From an archaeon (GTDB lineage: Archaea > Undinarchaeota > CAZHTU01 > JBDRCC01), in the NCBI GenBank assembly GCA_043822065.1, contig JBDRCC010000006.1, forward strand, positions 9,673 through 73,672: a stretch of DNA of 64,000 nt, in the 5' to 3' direction. The first letter of the stretch is position 1, and each line of letters begins with the position of its first letter. This document shows positions 10,903-21,800 of the stretch, in pieces. The notes under the pieces are model-generated. The model was not told the DNA's origin. It saw nothing but the letters and a program-made list of their open reading frames with translations, and searched no databases. Position numbers and translations under genes: made by a program.

Positions 10903-12153
10903 ATGGATGCGCTAATACTTGCCGCAGGCAAAGGGGAGCGGATGTGGCCCCTGACTGACACCCGCCCGAAAGTCCTGCTTCCTGCAGCCGGAAAGACATT
11001 TCTTGAGTGGAATATTCTCGCCCTGAAAGAGGCAGGAATCCGCTCCGCAGTCATAATCGTCTCTGACGACCGGATAGAAAAGGCGCTTGGAAAATCCTGT
11101 TATGGCGTACGGCTGCAGTATGTCCTGCAGTCCCCGCCTGCGGGCACAGGGGACGCCGTGCTCAAGGCAGAGGGCAAGGTCAAGCCGCCGTTCCTCTGCA
11201 TAAACGGGGACAGCCTCGTAAACGGCAAGGAGGTCTCAAGGATAATCGCCAGGCACAAGGCGTCAGGCAAGAACGTCCTCGGAGTCATGAAAGTGGACGA
11301 CATATCCCAATTTGGGGAGATACTCTTCTCCGACACAGGATTGGTCAGCGAAATCCGCGAAAAGCCGCCCGCTCCAACGAGCTCTTTTGCGTCATGCGGC
11401 ATATATGCCTTCACAAAGGAGGTATTCTCCGCGCTAAAGAGGATAAAAAAATCCCCCCGTGGCGAATACGAGCTCACCGACGCGCTTCAGCTGCTGGCTG
11501 ACGAAAAAAAGCTATACTCCGTCAAGGTAGCCTTCTGGAAGCACCTGTCATACCCCTGGGACCTTCTTGAAATCAACGAGCAGATATTATCCTCACTCAA
11601 GACAAAGGTCAACGGGACCGTCGAGAAGGGGGCGACTTTGAAGGGCGCGGTCTACGTGGGCAAAGGCGCACTTGTGAAATCCGGGGCGTACATCGAGGGT
11701 CCAGCCTACATAGGCGAAAATGCGACAGTGGGGCCCAACTGCTTCATCCGCAAATCAACTTCGCTCGGCAGCGGCGTCCGCATCGGAAACGCAGTTGAGA
11801 TAAAAAATTCCATAATCATGGACAACACCTATATCTCCCACCTTACATACGTCGGCGACTCAGTCATAGGCTCCAACTGCAATCTCGGCGCCGGGACAGT
11901 CTGCGCAAACCTCCGCCTCGACAACGGCACCTGTAAGGCCCCAGTAAAGGGCAAGCTCATCGACAGCAGGCGCAGAAAGCTCGGGCTAATAATGGGGGAC
12001 AACTCCCAGACCGGCATACACTCCGTTATAAACCCTGGAAAATTCATCGGGTCAAACTCAATAGTGGCTCCCGGCGTCCAAGTGACCAAAAACATCCCGT
12101 CCAATTCCTTTGTTTCAGTGACGCAGAATTTGGAGGTGAAAGAATGCTCATAG
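10903..12153 (+). CDS. Sugar-1-phosphate nucleotidylyltransferase fused to a left-handed beta-helix acetyltransferase (archaeal GlmU-like)
   Basis: N-terminal LILAAGKGERMWPLT..RPK nucleotidyltransferase signature and C-terminal imperfect hexapeptide repeats. A TATA-like AAATTAAATAAAG lies ~25 nt upstream of the ATG. Confidence 0.8.
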   Translation: MDALILAAGKGERMWPLTDTRPKVLLPAAGKTFLEWNILALKEAGIRSAVIIVSDDRIEKALGKSCYGVRLQYVLQSPPAGTGDAVLKAEGKVKPPFLCINGDSLVNGKEVSRIIARHKASGKNVLGVMKVDDISQFGEILFSDTGLVSEIREKPPAPTSSFASCGIYAFTKEVFSALKRIKKSPRGEYELTDALQLLADEKKLYSVKVAFWKHLSYPWDLLEINEQILSSLKTKVNGTVEKGATLKGAVYVGKGALVKSGAYIEGPAYIGENATVGPNCFIRKSTSLGSGVRIGNAVEIKNSIIMDNTYISHLTYVGDSVIGSNCNLGAGTVCANLRLDNGTCKAPVKGKLIDSRRRKLGLIMGDNSQTGIHSVINPGKFIGSNSIVAPGVQVTKNIPSNSFVSVTQNLEVKECS

Positions 12154-12728
12154 CAATAGAGGGCATTGACGGCTCCGGCAAGGGGACTCAGTGCGAACTT
12201 CTGAAAAAATGGCTGAAGAAAGAGGGTTACGATGTTGTTGTGACTGCTGAGCCGACGCGGGGATATGTCGGGCAGCTAATCCGGAAGATATTGCGGAACG
12301 ACCTCGACGTTGACCCAAAATCCCTGGCTCTGCTGTTCACAGCAGACAGGTTTGAGCACCAGGTAAAGGTGCTTGAGAAGCTTAAGGACCAGATAGTGAT
12401 AACCGACAGGTATTCCCTGAGCACGTATGCATACCAGGCAGCGCAGGGCGTGCCAGTCAGCTACCTGGAGAAGATACATGCCGGCATAATGAAGCCAGAC
12501 CTCCAGATACTCCTGGACGTCAAGCCGGAGAATGCCGTAAAGCGCCTAAGGACAAACCACAAGTTTGAGAAGCCGGACTTCCTGAAGCGCGTCCGGAGGA
12601 AATACCTTGAGCTTGCTGACGAGGACACATATGTCGTCTCCAGCGAGAAGAAGGTGCAGGACACATTCAAGGACATACAGAAAATAGTGAGGAACTACCT
12701 TAAACGCAGGTATCAATCTAAAAAATGA
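12144..12728 (+). CDS. tmk: Thymidylate kinase
   Basis: P-loop IAIEGIDGSGKGTQ in a 194-aa protein. GGAGGTGA SD upstream. 10-nt overlap with the upstream gene. Confidence 0.85.
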   Translation: MLIAIEGIDGSGKGTQCELLKKWLKKEGYDVVVTAEPTRGYVGQLIRKILRNDLDVDPKSLALLFTADRFEHQVKVLEKLKDQIVITDRYSLSTYAYQAAQGVPVSYLEKIHAGIMKPDLQILLDVKPENAVKRLRTNHKFEKPDFLKRVRRKYLELADEDTYVVSSEKKVQDTFKDIQKIVRNYLKRRYQSKK

Positions 12729-13255
12729 GCGAAAAAGCCGCCAGCGCCCTCCTTAGCACGGACAGGGCCATAGTCTTTGACGAGAAGGATGCGAGCAGGA
12801 TTTGGAACAAGGGCCACTTTGGCGAGTACCACGGCGGAAACCTTGAGCTTTCCATGCTCGAGGCGCTTTTCCTCATGGAGCAGGGGCGGCTTGCGCTCAC
12901 TGACGGTGCAGGGAAGGAAATAAGCTACAAGCAGCTTTACACGGACTGCACAAAAAAGTACGAAAACTTTGTTTCAACCTTCGACGCCTACAAGGACCTG
13001 CGCGCGCGGGGCTACATCGTCAAGACAGGCTTCAAGTTTGGCGCGCACTTCAGGCTTTACCCGAAGGGCACAAACCCTGGCGAGGGGCACAGCGACTTTC
13101 TTGTCAACGTCCTTTCGGAGGAGTACCCATTCTCCCTGCAGGATTTGTCCAGGTCGGTCCGCCTTTCCCACAGCGTGAAAAAGAAGATATGGTACGCCGT
13201 TGTTGATTCAGAGGGTGACCTGACCTACTATGAAATCGTCAGGGTCAAGCCTTAG
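12725..13255 (+). CDS. endA: tRNA-splicing endonuclease (short, homotetramer-size EndA)
   Basis: 176 aa with YKDLRARGYIVKTGFKFGAHFRLY and HSDFLV catalytic-domain motifs. ATGA overlap with tmk. Confidence 0.85.
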   Translation: MSEKAASALLSTDRAIVFDEKDASRIWNKGHFGEYHGGNLELSMLEALFLMEQGRLALTDGAGKEISYKQLYTDCTKKYENFVSTFDAYKDLRARGYIVKTGFKFGAHFRLYPKGTNPGEGHSDFLVNVLSEEYPFSLQDLSRSVRLSHSVKKKIWYAVVDSEGDLTYYEIVRVKP

Positions 13256-13260
13256 CCGCC

Positions 13261-13689
13261 TTAATACGCCTTGAAGTCCTTCACTACCCCGCTCGCCTGT
13301 TTTAGGTTGTCAACCGAGAACGCTATCTGCCCCCTGTTGTTCTCCTTGTTTTTCCCAAGCAGGTAGACTGACTCGACGTTAACCCCCGCCTCGGCAAGCT
13401 TTCCCGCGACCTTGGCGAGCTCCCCCGGCCTGTCTATGAGCTCAAGCACCATTATGTCGCTCTCGGTAAAATTTATGTTGTTTTTCTGGAGCGCGTTTCT
13501 CGTGGTCGAAAGGTCGTCAGTGACAACCTTGATTAAGCCGTTCTTCGGCTTCCCCTCCGCAGGGAGCTCGAAGGCGCAAACCGCTTCGGTGGCAATCGCC
13601 TTTATGTTCACCGCGCTTTTGGCGAGGCATCCGGTTACCTCCGCCAATGAACCAATCTTGTTTTTAACTATAATATTGAATTGCTTCAT
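13261..13689 (-). CDS. Tandem ACT-domain protein
   Basis: Two beta-alpha-beta-beta-alpha-beta ACT-like units (IVKNKIGSLAEVTGCLAKSAVNI and LELIDRPGELAKVAGKLAEAGVNV). Confidence 0.75.
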   Translation of the reverse strand: MKQFNIIVKNKIGSLAEVTGCLAKSAVNIKAIATEAVCAFELPAEGKPKNGLIKVVTDDLSTTRNALQKNNINFTESDIMVLELIDRPGELAKVAGKLAEAGVNVESVYLLGKNKENNRGQIAFSVDNLKQASGVVKDFKAY

Positions 13690-13728
13690 ACCCAGTATTA
13701 CGCGCTTGAGGCTTATATACCTTGGGCG

Positions 13729-14517
13729 TTATGGGAGGTGCATCAGCCAGTAGGCCACCTTTATCCCAAAAGCAGCCCCCATAATGGCAATCTGCCGGCC
13801 AAGCCGGTATTCCCTCAGCTTTCCGCTTAGCAGGAGGGCAAGCCACACCAAGAAGAGGTAGGGCGGCACTATCGACAGCAGGTGGACGCTCTTGTGCGTC
13901 CAGGCGCCGAGCGCTATCCCCGCAATCTCGTCAAAGCCGGTTATGAAACCCGTGATGTAGACCAGGAACCTGTCCCGCAGGTCTAACTCGTTGAAAGCCA
14001 GCATTATGGCCATGAGAAATAATAGGTTCATGCCGTACTCAAGGCTGAACCCTGAATAAAACACGTCAAACATGAACAGCATCAAAATCGTCCCAAACGC
14101 CAGCAGGCGGAAATTTATCTGCTGCAGGGTCTTTTCCTTTAGGTGCGCCCAGAAGTTCTCGGCTGCCCAGTATATTATCCCATACCCTGGCAAGAGGAAT
14201 ATCGGGACGCTAAAATAGTCGACAAAAGTGTACTCGAAGAGGCCTAGCCACACCCCCACTATCTCGTGCGTGAAGCCAACCACGGACGCCATCACCAGGA
14301 ATATTCTTCCAAGGCGGTCTGAGTTCCTCCAAAATATGACCCATAACACAACCAGCATCGAAAACATGACTTCCTCATAGCCGTTGACATACAGCCCGAG
14401 GGAAAGCATTATCATGAGGACGGAGAAGACCATGAAATGCCAGGGCTCCTCGAAGAACTTGCGCTCCCTGGGGGCTGGCTGCCCGAGCAGCTCCCAGATA
14501 TGCTTCTCACGTATCAT
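13729..14517 (-). CDS. Polytopic integral membrane protein, function unknown
   Basis: 262 aa with about 7 hydrophobic helices and no recognisable catalytic motif. Confidence 0.6.
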   Translation of the reverse strand: MIREKHIWELLGQPAPRERKFFEEPWHFMVFSVLMIMLSLGLYVNGYEEVMFSMLVVLWVIFWRNSDRLGRIFLVMASVVGFTHEIVGVWLGLFEYTFVDYFSVPIFLLPGYGIIYWAAENFWAHLKEKTLQQINFRLLAFGTILMLFMFDVFYSGFSLEYGMNLLFLMAIMLAFNELDLRDRFLVYITGFITGFDEIAGIALGAWTHKSVHLLSIVPPYLFLVWLALLLSGKLREYRLGRQIAIMGAAFGIKVAYWLMHLP

Positions 14518-14588
14518 GCATAGCCAAATCCAGCCAATTGTTAAATAATTTGCGAACTTATTTATCCTTTAGAGGAGTAGTCCCCTGT

Positions 14589-15347
14589 ATGCCGGCAGAC
14601 AAATTCAAAGAAAGCGCAAAAACTCTCCTTTCCCTCCTAGAAAAGAGCGCCGCTTCCTGTTCGGAAGGGCTCACGCGGGCGTCGCTTGCCTTTTCCGGCG
14701 GACTCGATTCCGCAATCTTTGCGGGCATACTCCGCAAGCGGATTGGGCTTGAGCTTGTTGCAACCGGGGTAGCCGGCTCCTATGACCTCTCAAATGCGGC
14801 ATCAGCCGCCTCGCAGCTTGGCATGCCCCTCAAACAGATAGTTCTGACAAAGGAGCAGATATGGGCTGCTGCGGATGCGGTTTCCAGGATTATAACGCCC
14901 GCGAATCGGCTGAACGTCGAAATTGCTGTCCCCTTCTACATACTGTCCAAACAGATAACTACCCGGCACCTCTTTGCAGGACAGGGCGCGGATGAGCTCT
15001 TTGGAGGGTACTCGCGCTACACGCGCTCCAAAAACGCTCTTAGGGACATGGACGCTGACACTTCCGCGCTCCCCTTGGTTATAAACCGCAGGGAAGCCCG
15101 CGTCTGCAATAAATTCGGGGTCGAACTGCTCCTTCCATACTTGGGCAAGGAGCTGGCACTTTATGCCCTGAGCCTGCCTGTCGAGTACAGAATCTCAGGC
15201 GAAAACCGGAAAGCAGTCCTTAGGGAAGCCGGCCGGCTTTTGGGTCTGCCGCCTGCCATTACAAACCAAAAGAAGAAGGCAATGCAGTACGGCTCTGGAA
15301 TCTCCAAGGCGCTGCGGGGCTACTGGACTGCTAATTCTGCATTATGA
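14589..15347 (+). CDS. Asparagine-synthase-like PP-loop ATPase (synthetase domain only)
   Basis: PP-loop SGGLDS and the AsnB C-domain motif GQGADELFGGYSRY, with no glutaminase domain. The ATG at 14589 is preferred to the TTG at 14538 used in the ORF track. Confidence 0.65.
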   Translation: MPADKFKESAKTLLSLLEKSAASCSEGLTRASLAFSGGLDSAIFAGILRKRIGLELVATGVAGSYDLSNAASAASQLGMPLKQIVLTKEQIWAAADAVSRIITPANRLNVEIAVPFYILSKQITTRHLFAGQGADELFGGYSRYTRSKNALRDMDADTSALPLVINRREARVCNKFGVELLLPYLGKELALYALSLPVEYRISGENRKAVLREAGRLLGLPPAITNQKKKAMQYGSGISKALRGYWTANSAL

Positions 15348-15645
15348 ATTTGCAGTCCGGCGTTACTTCTACAAAATGGTGTGCGTCGCCAAGCCTGTAC
15401 TGGGGGCACTGGTTGTCTGGGTTGTCGTCCACTTCCACCCTCGGGCTGTGCGCCACGTCGCACACCCAGTCCTCACCAATTTGCCCGAGGCAGGGTCCAG
15501 TCGAAAGGTCTGAACCTGCGTCCCGCCTGGCGATGCATGCCTGGAGGCACAGCTCCTTTTCGGTAAGCGGCTTTTCATGCCGGGAAATGCAGCCGAGCGA
15601 AATCAAAACAAGGCATAAAAGGCAAATCCATAGCGCTCGCTTCAT
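15331..15645 (-). CDS. Small secreted/lipoprotein-like Cys-rich protein
   Basis: Signal peptide with lipobox-like LISLGC and 8 Cys in the mature part. 17-nt convergent overlap with the neighbouring gene. Confidence 0.5.
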   Translation of the reverse strand: MKRALWICLLCLVLISLGCISRHEKPLTEKELCLQACIARRDAGSDLSTGPCLGQIGEDWVCDVAHSPRVEVDDNPDNQCPQYRLGDAHHFVEVTPDCKFIMQN

Positions 15646-15743
15646 GCTGATAGAAATCTCCTCAACTCTTATATAATTTGCTAAACCGCATCCTGAACTC
15701 CTTAGGAAACCTTAAAAAAGCCACCCGTACTAATCCATCGACT

Positions 15744-16988
15744 ATGCCAGAAATAGACCCATTCGAGGTTGCACTGAAACAGATAGATGCCGTTAAACCC
15801 TATCTAAAAGTACCAGACGACATTTTTGAGGTTATGAGGCATCCAAAACAGGTGCTTGAGGTCTCTGTGCCGGTTAAGATGGACGATGGCTCTATCAAGA
15901 CCTTCCAGGGATACAGGTGCCAGTATAACACTGCCCGGGGCCCGGCAAAGGGCGGTATACGGTACCACCCCGATGTGTCAAGGTCCGAAGTTATGGCCCT
16001 TGCCTGCTGGATGACCTGGAAGTGCTCCGTAGTCGGAATACCCTACGGCGGCGGAAAGGGCGGAATAATCTGCAACCCGCCTAAGATGTCCCAGACCGAG
16101 CTCGAGAAGCTCAGCAGGGGATACATCCGCGCAATTTATGATACTATTGGCGAAACCAAGGACGTGCCAGCCCCCGATGTATTCACCACACCCCAGATAA
16201 TGGCGTGGATGATGGACGAATACTCAATAATCGCAAGGCGCCAGGTGCCGGGCGTAATCACCGGCAAGCCACTCAGCCTCGGCGGCTCGGCAGGACGGAC
16301 GGAAGCAACAGCGATGGGCGGGCTCTACGTGACAAACATGACTATGAAGCACCTTGGCCTCAAGGCAAAGGGCGCGGACGTAGTCATACAGGGCTTTGGC
16401 AACGTCGGAAGCAACATGGCAGTCCTTATGCACAACGCAGGCTACAATGTAACTGCAATCAGCGACGTCTTCGGAGGAATTGAAGACCCGAAGGGCATTA
16501 ATGTGCCCCAGCTGATGGACCACTTCAAAAAGACAGGGACTGTCACGAAGTTCAAGGGCGCAAAAACAATCGACAACAAGGAAATCCTTGAGCGGAAGTG
16601 CGACATCCTCATCCCCGCAGCGATAGAGGGCGTCATAACCAAGAAAAACGTGGACAACCTCAAGGCGAAGGTCGTTGTCGAGCTTGCAAACGGCCCGACG
16701 ACTCCGGACGCCGACAAGGTGCTCTTCGACAAGGGCGTAACCCTCGTCCCGGACATCCTGGCAAACGCCGGCGGAGTCACGGTCTCGTACTTCGAGTGGG
16801 TGCAGAACCTCCAGAACTACTACTGGACCGTCGACGAAGTCAACACCAGGCTTGAGCGGATAATGACTGACGCTTTCAACGCGACAATCTACCGGAAGAA
16901 GAAGCATGAGGTTGACATGCGCCAGGCGGCATACGTCGTCGCCATGGGCCGGGTAGCAGAAGCTATCCAACTAAGGGGACTTTATTAA
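15744..16988 (+). CDS. gdhA: Glutamate dehydrogenase
   Basis: KGGIRYHP, PYGGGKGG and GFGNVG Rossmann motifs. The ATG at 15744 is preferred to the TTG at 15678. Confidence 0.9.
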   Translation: MPEIDPFEVALKQIDAVKPYLKVPDDIFEVMRHPKQVLEVSVPVKMDDGSIKTFQGYRCQYNTARGPAKGGIRYHPDVSRSEVMALACWMTWKCSVVGIPYGGGKGGIICNPPKMSQTELEKLSRGYIRAIYDTIGETKDVPAPDVFTTPQIMAWMMDEYSIIARRQVPGVITGKPLSLGGSAGRTEATAMGGLYVTNMTMKHLGLKAKGADVVIQGFGNVGSNMAVLMHNAGYNVTAISDVFGGIEDPKGINVPQLMDHFKKTGTVTKFKGAKTIDNKEILERKCDILIPAAIEGVITKKNVDNLKAKVVVELANGPTTPDADKVLFDKGVTLVPDILANAGGVTVSYFEWVQNLQNYYWTVDEVNTRLERIMTDAFNATIYRKKKHEVDMRQAAYVVAMGRVAEAIQLRGLY

Positions 16989-16993
16989 TCAGG

Positions 16994-17012
16994 GAAGGGG
17001 CTCTGCCCCTTC
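16994..17012. terminator. Bidirectional hairpin between convergent genes
   Basis: Perfect 8-bp stem GAAGGGGC/GCCCCTTC with a TCT loop, located between the gdhA stop (16988) and the CARDB-gene stop (17016). T-rich flanks follow. Confidence 0.5.
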
Positions 17013-17015
17013 TTT

Positions 17016-18809
17016 CTAATTTTTCAGCTGTTTCTGCGCAGGCAGGAACCCTTTTTTCTTGACACTTATAAGTGATTTTTTCCCAATTCCGCCGATTCCT
17101 ATTCTTCCATTCCTGTCGGTCTGCCCTACCGGCACATTATCGACCGCAACCAAGGCATCACTGACTGGTTTCTTTGAAAGCCCGGAGACCGCAAGCCTCA
17201 GCCTGCCCTGAGCTGCATCATGCTCGGCGATGTCCACGACAAGGCTCCTCGAAGCAATAAAGTATATGCTCCCCCCAAGGAGCAGGAGCATTAAGAGGAG
17301 CAGCCCGGCATTGCCAAAGCCCATTCCCCCAAGTGTCACTAAACCGGTCGGGCCTGCAGGCGCGGCTATGTCTATTTCCACTTGGTAGCTTATGTACCCT
17401 GCCTTGCCTGCCCATATCATGTCTCCGTCGTGTATGTCCGGGATGAGCATCTTACCGTCAGCGCCGGTTTTGCCCACGCTGGCGCCGTTCTTTCTGACCT
17501 CTGCTGCGTCTACGGGGCTTCCAGCCTCGTCAACGACCATTATCTCGATTATTCCGCCGTCCTCAATCTCTTCGGTAAGGACGTTTATCTTGAGCTGGGC
17601 CTTTTCACCGGTTGCCGGAGCAGTTGTGGCTTCTCCGCCGGTACCCGTCCTAACTACGCAGACATTCTCGTAGCAGACCTGCCCGCTTAAGCACTCGTCG
17701 TCGCTGTAGCACTCAAGTATGCTCGAGCTTCCTGACCACGAGCTTCCGCCTCCGCCGCCTGGGCTTCCGCCGTCGTCTCCGCCGTCGTCTCCGCCAGAGC
17801 TCCTGACGGTTAGCGTCCTCGCTGCAAAGTTGTCCGAGAGGTCGGTCTCCCCTGCGACGAAGTCAACAGTGGAGTTTAATGGGAAAGTACCTTCGGACCC
17901 AAAGTAGACACTTACCTGATAAGTTTGCGAGCTCCCAGGGGCAAGGTCTACGCTCTGGTTCCCAAGGTACCCCCCATTAACATTAAAGTGGATGTATGTG
18001 ACTGCCTGGACCTGGCCCTGGTTCTCAACGGTCGCCGTTATTGTCGCGTTGGTCCCTGGCGGCACCGGGTCCGGCGTGTATGCCAGGGCGGTTATTGCCA
18101 CATCCCTGACCAGCGGAGGCATAAGCAGCTCCTTCGTTATCTCCGCAAATACGTAATCCCCCTCTGCGTCGGACGCCACTACCCTGTAGGTGTGGAATCC
18201 TGGCGTCAGGCTTGTTATCGTGAAAGTCGGGTGGACGCTGTTGGCGCTGTAGAGCTGCGGGTAGATTCGCTCCAATCCCCCAGTCACCACAGTCTGCCCG
18301 TCGACCTGGAGGGTCGCATTTACGTTGTTCGCAGTCCCGCTTCCGACGTTTGTGACGTGCGCCGCAAGAGTGAATGTCTGGTTTGCGTAAATTGTGCCCG
18401 GGTCGGTTATGTTTACCTCAAGTTCCGGCGCGGTAGGAGCATTAACTACGACCTCAGTCCTTGCCTGGCAGGCTCCGCCGTCATGGGTCACATTCACAGT
18501 CATATTGTAAACCCCTGGCTGGACCGCAGTCACTGACCAGACCGAATTGTTCTGGTAGTACCAGTCCGCCTGAAGGAGGTTTCCGAGCCCCACTGGGTTG
18601 GTGTCTGCCGTAACAAATGCAACAGGAAGGTCAAGCATAGCCTGGACGTTGTTAATATCGCCGCCGAAAGTCCAGATTACGAGCGAGACTTGGTTCATGT
18701 CTCCAAGGTCTACCGGCGAATAATAGCTGATTTCTATGTCCTCCGGGTTGCAGGCGTATGCAAACCCTGCAGCGAGCACCAGTGCCAGCATCAGGTAGTT
18801 GAGCTTCAT
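17016..18809 (-). CDS. Secreted CARDB-domain surface protein with a membrane anchor
   Basis: Signal peptide MKLNYLMLALVLAAGFAYA and CARDB-like segment VAITALAYTPDPVPPGTNATITATVENQG. It also has a G/D/S linker, a Cys-rich segment and the TM helix LLLLMLLLLGG. 4-nt overlap with the upstream 1829-aa gene. Confidence 0.75.
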   Translation of the reverse strand: MKLNYLMLALVLAAGFAYACNPEDIEISYYSPVDLGDMNQVSLVIWTFGGDINNVQAMLDLPVAFVTADTNPVGLGNLLQADWYYQNNSVWSVTAVQPGVYNMTVNVTHDGGACQARTEVVVNAPTAPELEVNITDPGTIYANQTFTLAAHVTNVGSGTANNVNATLQVDGQTVVTGGLERIYPQLYSANSVHPTFTITSLTPGFHTYRVVASDAEGDYVFAEITKELLMPPLVRDVAITALAYTPDPVPPGTNATITATVENQGQVQAVTYIHFNVNGGYLGNQSVDLAPGSSQTYQVSVYFGSEGTFPLNSTVDFVAGETDLSDNFAARTLTVRSSGGDDGGDDGGSPGGGGGSSWSGSSSILECYSDDECLSGQVCYENVCVVRTGTGGEATTAPATGEKAQLKINVLTEEIEDGGIIEIMVVDEAGSPVDAAEVRKNGASVGKTGADGKMLIPDIHDGDMIWAGKAGYISYQVEIDIAAPAGPTGLVTLGGMGFGNAGLLLLMLLLLGGSIYFIASRSLVVDIAEHDAAQGRLRLAVSGLSKKPVSDALVAVDNVPVGQTDRNGRIGIGGIGKKSLISVKKKGFLPAQKQLKN

Positions 18810-21800
18810 GATACCGTCACCTGCCCGACATCAGTTACTTCCTGGTATATCGTGCCCCTGACGTTGAAAACGCCAGTCTGGCTGGTGGAGTTGACGTACC
18901 ACACCAGGCTCGTGGACTTGTTCACGTCTATGAATGGTATTATTCTCCAGTCAACGTCGTTGTTGCCGAATACGAGCCCGTTGTCGAGAGTTAGGTTGAC
19001 CGGGATGTTGTACTGCGCCTTCTTCGCAGTGTTCCAGACGTTTACCACCGAGACAAACGCCGAGTTCTGCGGCCTCTGCGACGGGACAAGGACGTCTATC
19101 GCCAGGACCTCGTCATACGAGTAAACCCTCTTCGAGAAGGGGTACTGGTTGTCGACAGTGTCAGTTTCCCCGCTGACCGGGTCGACGGATACCACAAAGC
19201 TGTGGTTGTACTGCGTTGATGCCCAGCTAAATGGCACATTGGTGGTTGCGCCTACTGCAAGGTTTGGTATCGTGTAGCTGTCCTTCTGTATTCCATCGAC
19301 AAACAGCCTGACGACGAGGCTGCTCTCAGCCCTCTCGCCCTCGTTCTTTATGGCTGCTGTGAAGTTCATGACATCCTTTTCGATTACAACGCTTGGGACA
19401 TACGTGACATTTACGACCCTTACGTCTGGTATCGGCGTCACTGTTACATTTATCCTGACTACTTTGGAGTCCTCAAGCCCCACAGTGTCCCTGACGCTTA
19501 TGTTGACCATGTGTATGCCTGCGTCCGCATGGACCGGCACGACTGATATTATTCCGCTGTTCTGGTCTATCGTGAAAAGCGGGCTGTTCGAGTAGAACCT
19601 GAGCGTGTCAAGCGGCATGTCCGGGTCGGTCGCGTTCACGTCAAGGTAGAACTGCTGGTACTCCCATGCGTAGTAGTCGCTTGCAAGGGTAGCCAGCACC
19701 GGCGGGTCGTTTACATTTATGACCGTTGCAACCGACATGTCCGAGTCGGTGTAGGTGCCGTCATTTGCAGTGAATGTTATCGTCTCAACGCCGTAGAAGT
19801 TAGGTGCCGGCGTCAGGGTCGCCACATGGGTGAGCGGGTCTATCGCAACAGCTATCTGGGCGTTTCCGCTTGCAGTCCAGGTTATGCTGGGGAGCGGAGT
19901 GTCCGCGTCAACGATATAATTGTCAAGGTCAATGCTGTTGTTGAACGAGTCCTCCATTATCCAGACGTTCGGTATGTCGCCGACATCAGGCCTTCCGGCT
20001 GCCGGAGCAACCGTTACCCGCATATAAGCAGTTATAACTGTCGTGCCGTCAGTCGCGTTGACAGTGACGTACCTGATGCCAGTATTTCCTATGCCAGGCG
20101 TCCAGGTCATCTGCCCTGTCGCCGGGTTGAACGTTATTGTGGTGTCGTTTATCCAGTAGGTTACTGCCTGCCCGTCCGGGTCTGTCGCATGGACTGTGTA
20201 GTCAAGGCTTGAGTCCTCGGCAATCGTCTGGTTTGCCGGGTACGGGTCCCAGTACGGCGCCTCTTCAACGCCGATAACTGTCACGGTTACGGTATCCGAG
20301 TCCGTCAGCCCGCCCGCGTCAGCTGCTGTGAACGTTATCGTCTCGCTTCCGGACCAGTTTGGAGCCGCTGTGAAATTGACCGTCCTGTCTGCCAGTATGG
20401 ACACCACGACATTCGTGTTTCCAGAATAGGTCCAGTTTATGTTCGCGTCAGGCGTCATGTCGTCGGTGACATACGCATCGAGACTTATTGTATCATTATA
20501 GAGGTCCTCAACGAACCAGACGTCCGGTATGTCTGTAACAACCGGCGCGTCGTTTACCTCGGTCACATTTACAAATATCTGGGCCCAGACTGCCTGCCCA
20601 GTGCTGTCGGTCGCATTGAACTCAACATGCCACATGCCGTTGAACCCTGCCGGCGCAGTCCAGCTCACGCCTCCGAGCGGCCCGACTGTGAACGTGGTGT
20701 CATTAACTCCATATGTTATCGCATCGCCATATTGAAGGTCTGCGTCCGATGCAAGGAGTAGCATCGAAAGGGTGCCCTCCTCAGCAATCGTTTGGTTCTG
20801 AGGGTATACCAACCAGAACGGGGCATCGTTTATCTGCTTGACATGAATAGTCAGGCTTGTCGTGTTCGCCAGCCCGTCCCCATCCATCGCCGTGAACGTT
20901 ATAGTCTCATTTCCAGCCCAGTCAGCATCTGCGGTCAGGTTCAGCTGCCTGTTCGAGTCAATCGTGGCGTGGACGTTGGTGCCCGTCCCAGTCCAGACTA
21001 TGTTCGCATCAGGTGTCATGTCGTCTGCGACATACGCATCCATATTCAGCGTGTCATTGTAAGCGTCCTCGTCGAACCAGACGTCCGGCATCGGGAAAGT
21101 CTCCGGCCTGTCGTTTACCGGGGTGACATTCACCCAGAAGTAGCCCCAAACAACTTCGCCAGCCGAGTCTGTGGCGTTGACCTCAAAGTACTCCATCCCA
21201 TTGAAGCCGCCAGCTGGCGTCCAGGCAATGTTTCCGCTTGAGTCAATAGTAGCTGTTCCGTTTATAGCGTAAGTTATGGCATCACCATATGGCAGGTCGG
21301 CGTCGCCAGCCTCAACCTGGAATGCTGCGGTCCCGCCCTCAGCTATCGTCTGGTTTGCCGGGTAGGTTACCCAGAACGGGGCGTCATTAACCTGAATCAC
21401 GCTGACCGTGAGCTGCGTCGTGTTCGCCAGCCCGTCCCCATCCATCGCCGTGAACGTTATAGTCTCATTTCCAGCCCAGTCAGCATCCGCTGTCAGGTTC
21501 AATATGCGAGTAGCAGAATCAATAACTGCGTGCACATTTGTCCCCGTACCCGTCCACACAATATCTGCATCTGCAGTCATATCATCTGTAACATAATCAT
21601 CCATCACGAGCGTGTCATTGTAAGTGTCCTCGTCAAACCAGACGTCCGGCATCGGGAAAGTCTCCGGCGGGTCGTTTACCGGGGTGACGTTCACCCAGAA
21701 GTAAGCCCAGGCAACCTCGCCTGCGAGGTCTGTCACGTTAACCTCAAAGTACTCATACCCGTTGAAGCTCCCTGGCGCAGTCCACTGGATGGTGCCGTTG

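Noticed and set aside
16224-16970. Long antisense or alternative-frame ORFs inside GC-rich genes (for example 600-1379, 16224-16970, 27115-28023, 37463-38119, 45511-46197, 48360-49199, 50392-51027, 57126-57707, 60668-61090)
   Set aside because: Each lies entirely within a gene that has strong family motifs on the other strand or frame. Their products are R/P/G/A-rich with no motifs. This is typical shadow-ORF behaviour at ~57 % GC.
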